Assembly (NCBI GenBank): GCA_034780895.1
Contig: JAUZTB010000001.1
Location: 47,918,235-47,982,234 of the forward strand
DNA from: Rhynchobatus australiae
Lineage: Eukaryota
Direction of reading: 5' to 3'
DNA length: 64,000 nucleotides
Part shown: piece by piece, positions 62,521 through 64,000 of the stretch
Position numbering within the stretch: the first letter of the stretch is position 1
How the letters are laid out: each line of letters opens with the position of its first letter
Position numbers and translations under genes: made by a program
The notes under the pieces: generated by a model
Databases searched by the model: none
What the model was told of the DNA's origin: nothing
The model's input: the letters and a program-made list of their open reading frames with translations, nothing else

Positions 62521-64000
62521 AAAATTTGACATGGTGATGTGTACATAAAAGACATTGTGCCTCCTTCATATCCTTGTGATTTATTGCACTGTCACATGGA
62601 GATAATTTACCATCTCATCCCACTGTTCTAAACATCTCTTCCTGAAAACTGCTGACCAATATTAGATTTATCTATCAAGACCAGGATGTAATTTGGACCA
62701 ATTCTATTATTTCTGTCTCAGGTGAGATAAGATGCAGATCAATTCAACAAAATTTTACATCCCAATACCTTGCAATTATGTCATTAAATACTCTGAGCCC
62801 TTCAAAAAAAATCAATAAACAATTGAGCAGATGACTTATTTCCTTCTGCACTGTACACAAAGAAAATATTAGGCAAATTATTTCTGTCAAAATATCAGTT
62901 AGGCTAATGGTTCTCACCATTATTCATGTATAAATAGCACAACATTTTCAGGTGAAAACCAAATGAAAGGTTAAATGACCAAAAGCTGCTTGAGTTGCAC
63001 CACTTTGCCTTCAACGTCATAGAAATGATATTGTGCTGTCTGCCTCAAGTACTTGTGGACAGAATAACTCTAACACAGAAGGGAGTTTCCTTTCAAATTT
63101 CAGTGACCATAGAAAGAAATTGTATATCTGCATAAGACAGGCTTTGAATGGTGCAAAGTTGCTATATTTATGTGGTAGATAAAAAATAAACACTGCAGAT
63201 ATTTAGAGCTGTAATTACATGCGTGGGTCTCTATTTAATGACATATTAGGTAAATGTTCATTACTGTCAGGAGACATCTCTGGCAGAAAGTTAACTATTA
63301 TAAGTGCAGACTCCTGTTCTTTCAGGTTGTGAATTACCTTTGGAGATATAAAATGTTTGCCAAATTTTAATTTGCTTTTATTCCCCTTCCTTTCTAGCTT
63401 CTCACTTGTGCTAGATTTCTCTTTCTTTGCCTGATTTGACATTGAATTCACCATCCCACTCAGTCCTTCCTTTGCTTATTTCAAAATCTTTGCATCTGGA
63501 AGTACTTGTTGGTTGCCTGTTTCCCTCAGGCTCTGATTCCACCTTAATTGTTTGGGCAACTCACTGGGGCAGGTTGAGCTAAATGCAGGTGTTGCACTTG
63601 GAATGCCACAGTAAAGTCTGGCCCAAAGCTTTCCTAACATCACTACAGTTTTCTTTTGCCAAGTGGAGGAATAACGATGCAAGAGCTCAAGCATTATTTT
63701 CATTAGATGTGCTTCTGCTTTTAAAAAATATTTAGCAGGCACTTGTTGTTAGTCCAGTTTATCTAATCATACAACTGCCTATATATTTTCACATATCAGT
63801 CTTCACATTTCGTAAAATAGCTCCCATTTTTTGGATATTGGTATGCTGAGTGAAAGGGAAAGGGAGAAAATCGGTTACTTAGATGGGTGGATGAGTTGGG
63901 GAAACCAGTCATGAACAGGGAGAAAGATTTTGTTAAGGGTTTATTACAATGAATTTGTCAAGCAGGGTTTCAGTGTAGAGGAGGAGGCAGGATGCAATAA

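Noticed and set aside
63215-63742. Lys/Glu-rich minus-strand ORFs including an IKVESE stretch and an AAG|gtaatt donor
   Set aside because: All frames are interrupted by stops; no identifiable gene or pseudogene parent.

Overview
Vertebrate genomic DNA with many N gaps, most likely from a cartilaginous fish (ray/skate-like), judged from its repeat content: V-SINE/HE1-like SINEs, CR1, Rex/Babar, L1 and abundant Penelope-derived repeats. One protein-coding gene is supported. It is a minus-strand Ser/Arg-rich disordered protein transcribed from a CpG island at about 23.9-24.9 kb. An 11-nt first coding exon (ATGGCCCGACG|GTGAGT) is phase-compatible with a 2519-nt exon (3046-528) about 21 kb away, giving MARRDSSSDSDSSSS...; the gene probably continues beyond the window start, and I cannot name it. 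The long first intron holds candidate stop-containing (poison) exons. From 25 to 64 kb I see no convincing host gene, mostly decayed transposons. The most interesting non-obvious signal is a minimal type-I hammerhead ribozyme motif in the Penelope-derived repeats (in-window consensus cagtc-CTGANGA-A-GGGTCTCGGCCC-GAAA-CG-TC-gactg). One insertion has three tandem cores, several insertions have inverted architecture and 13-16 bp target-site duplications, and there is a possible target-site preference. All repeat boundaries are approximate and were made by eye.
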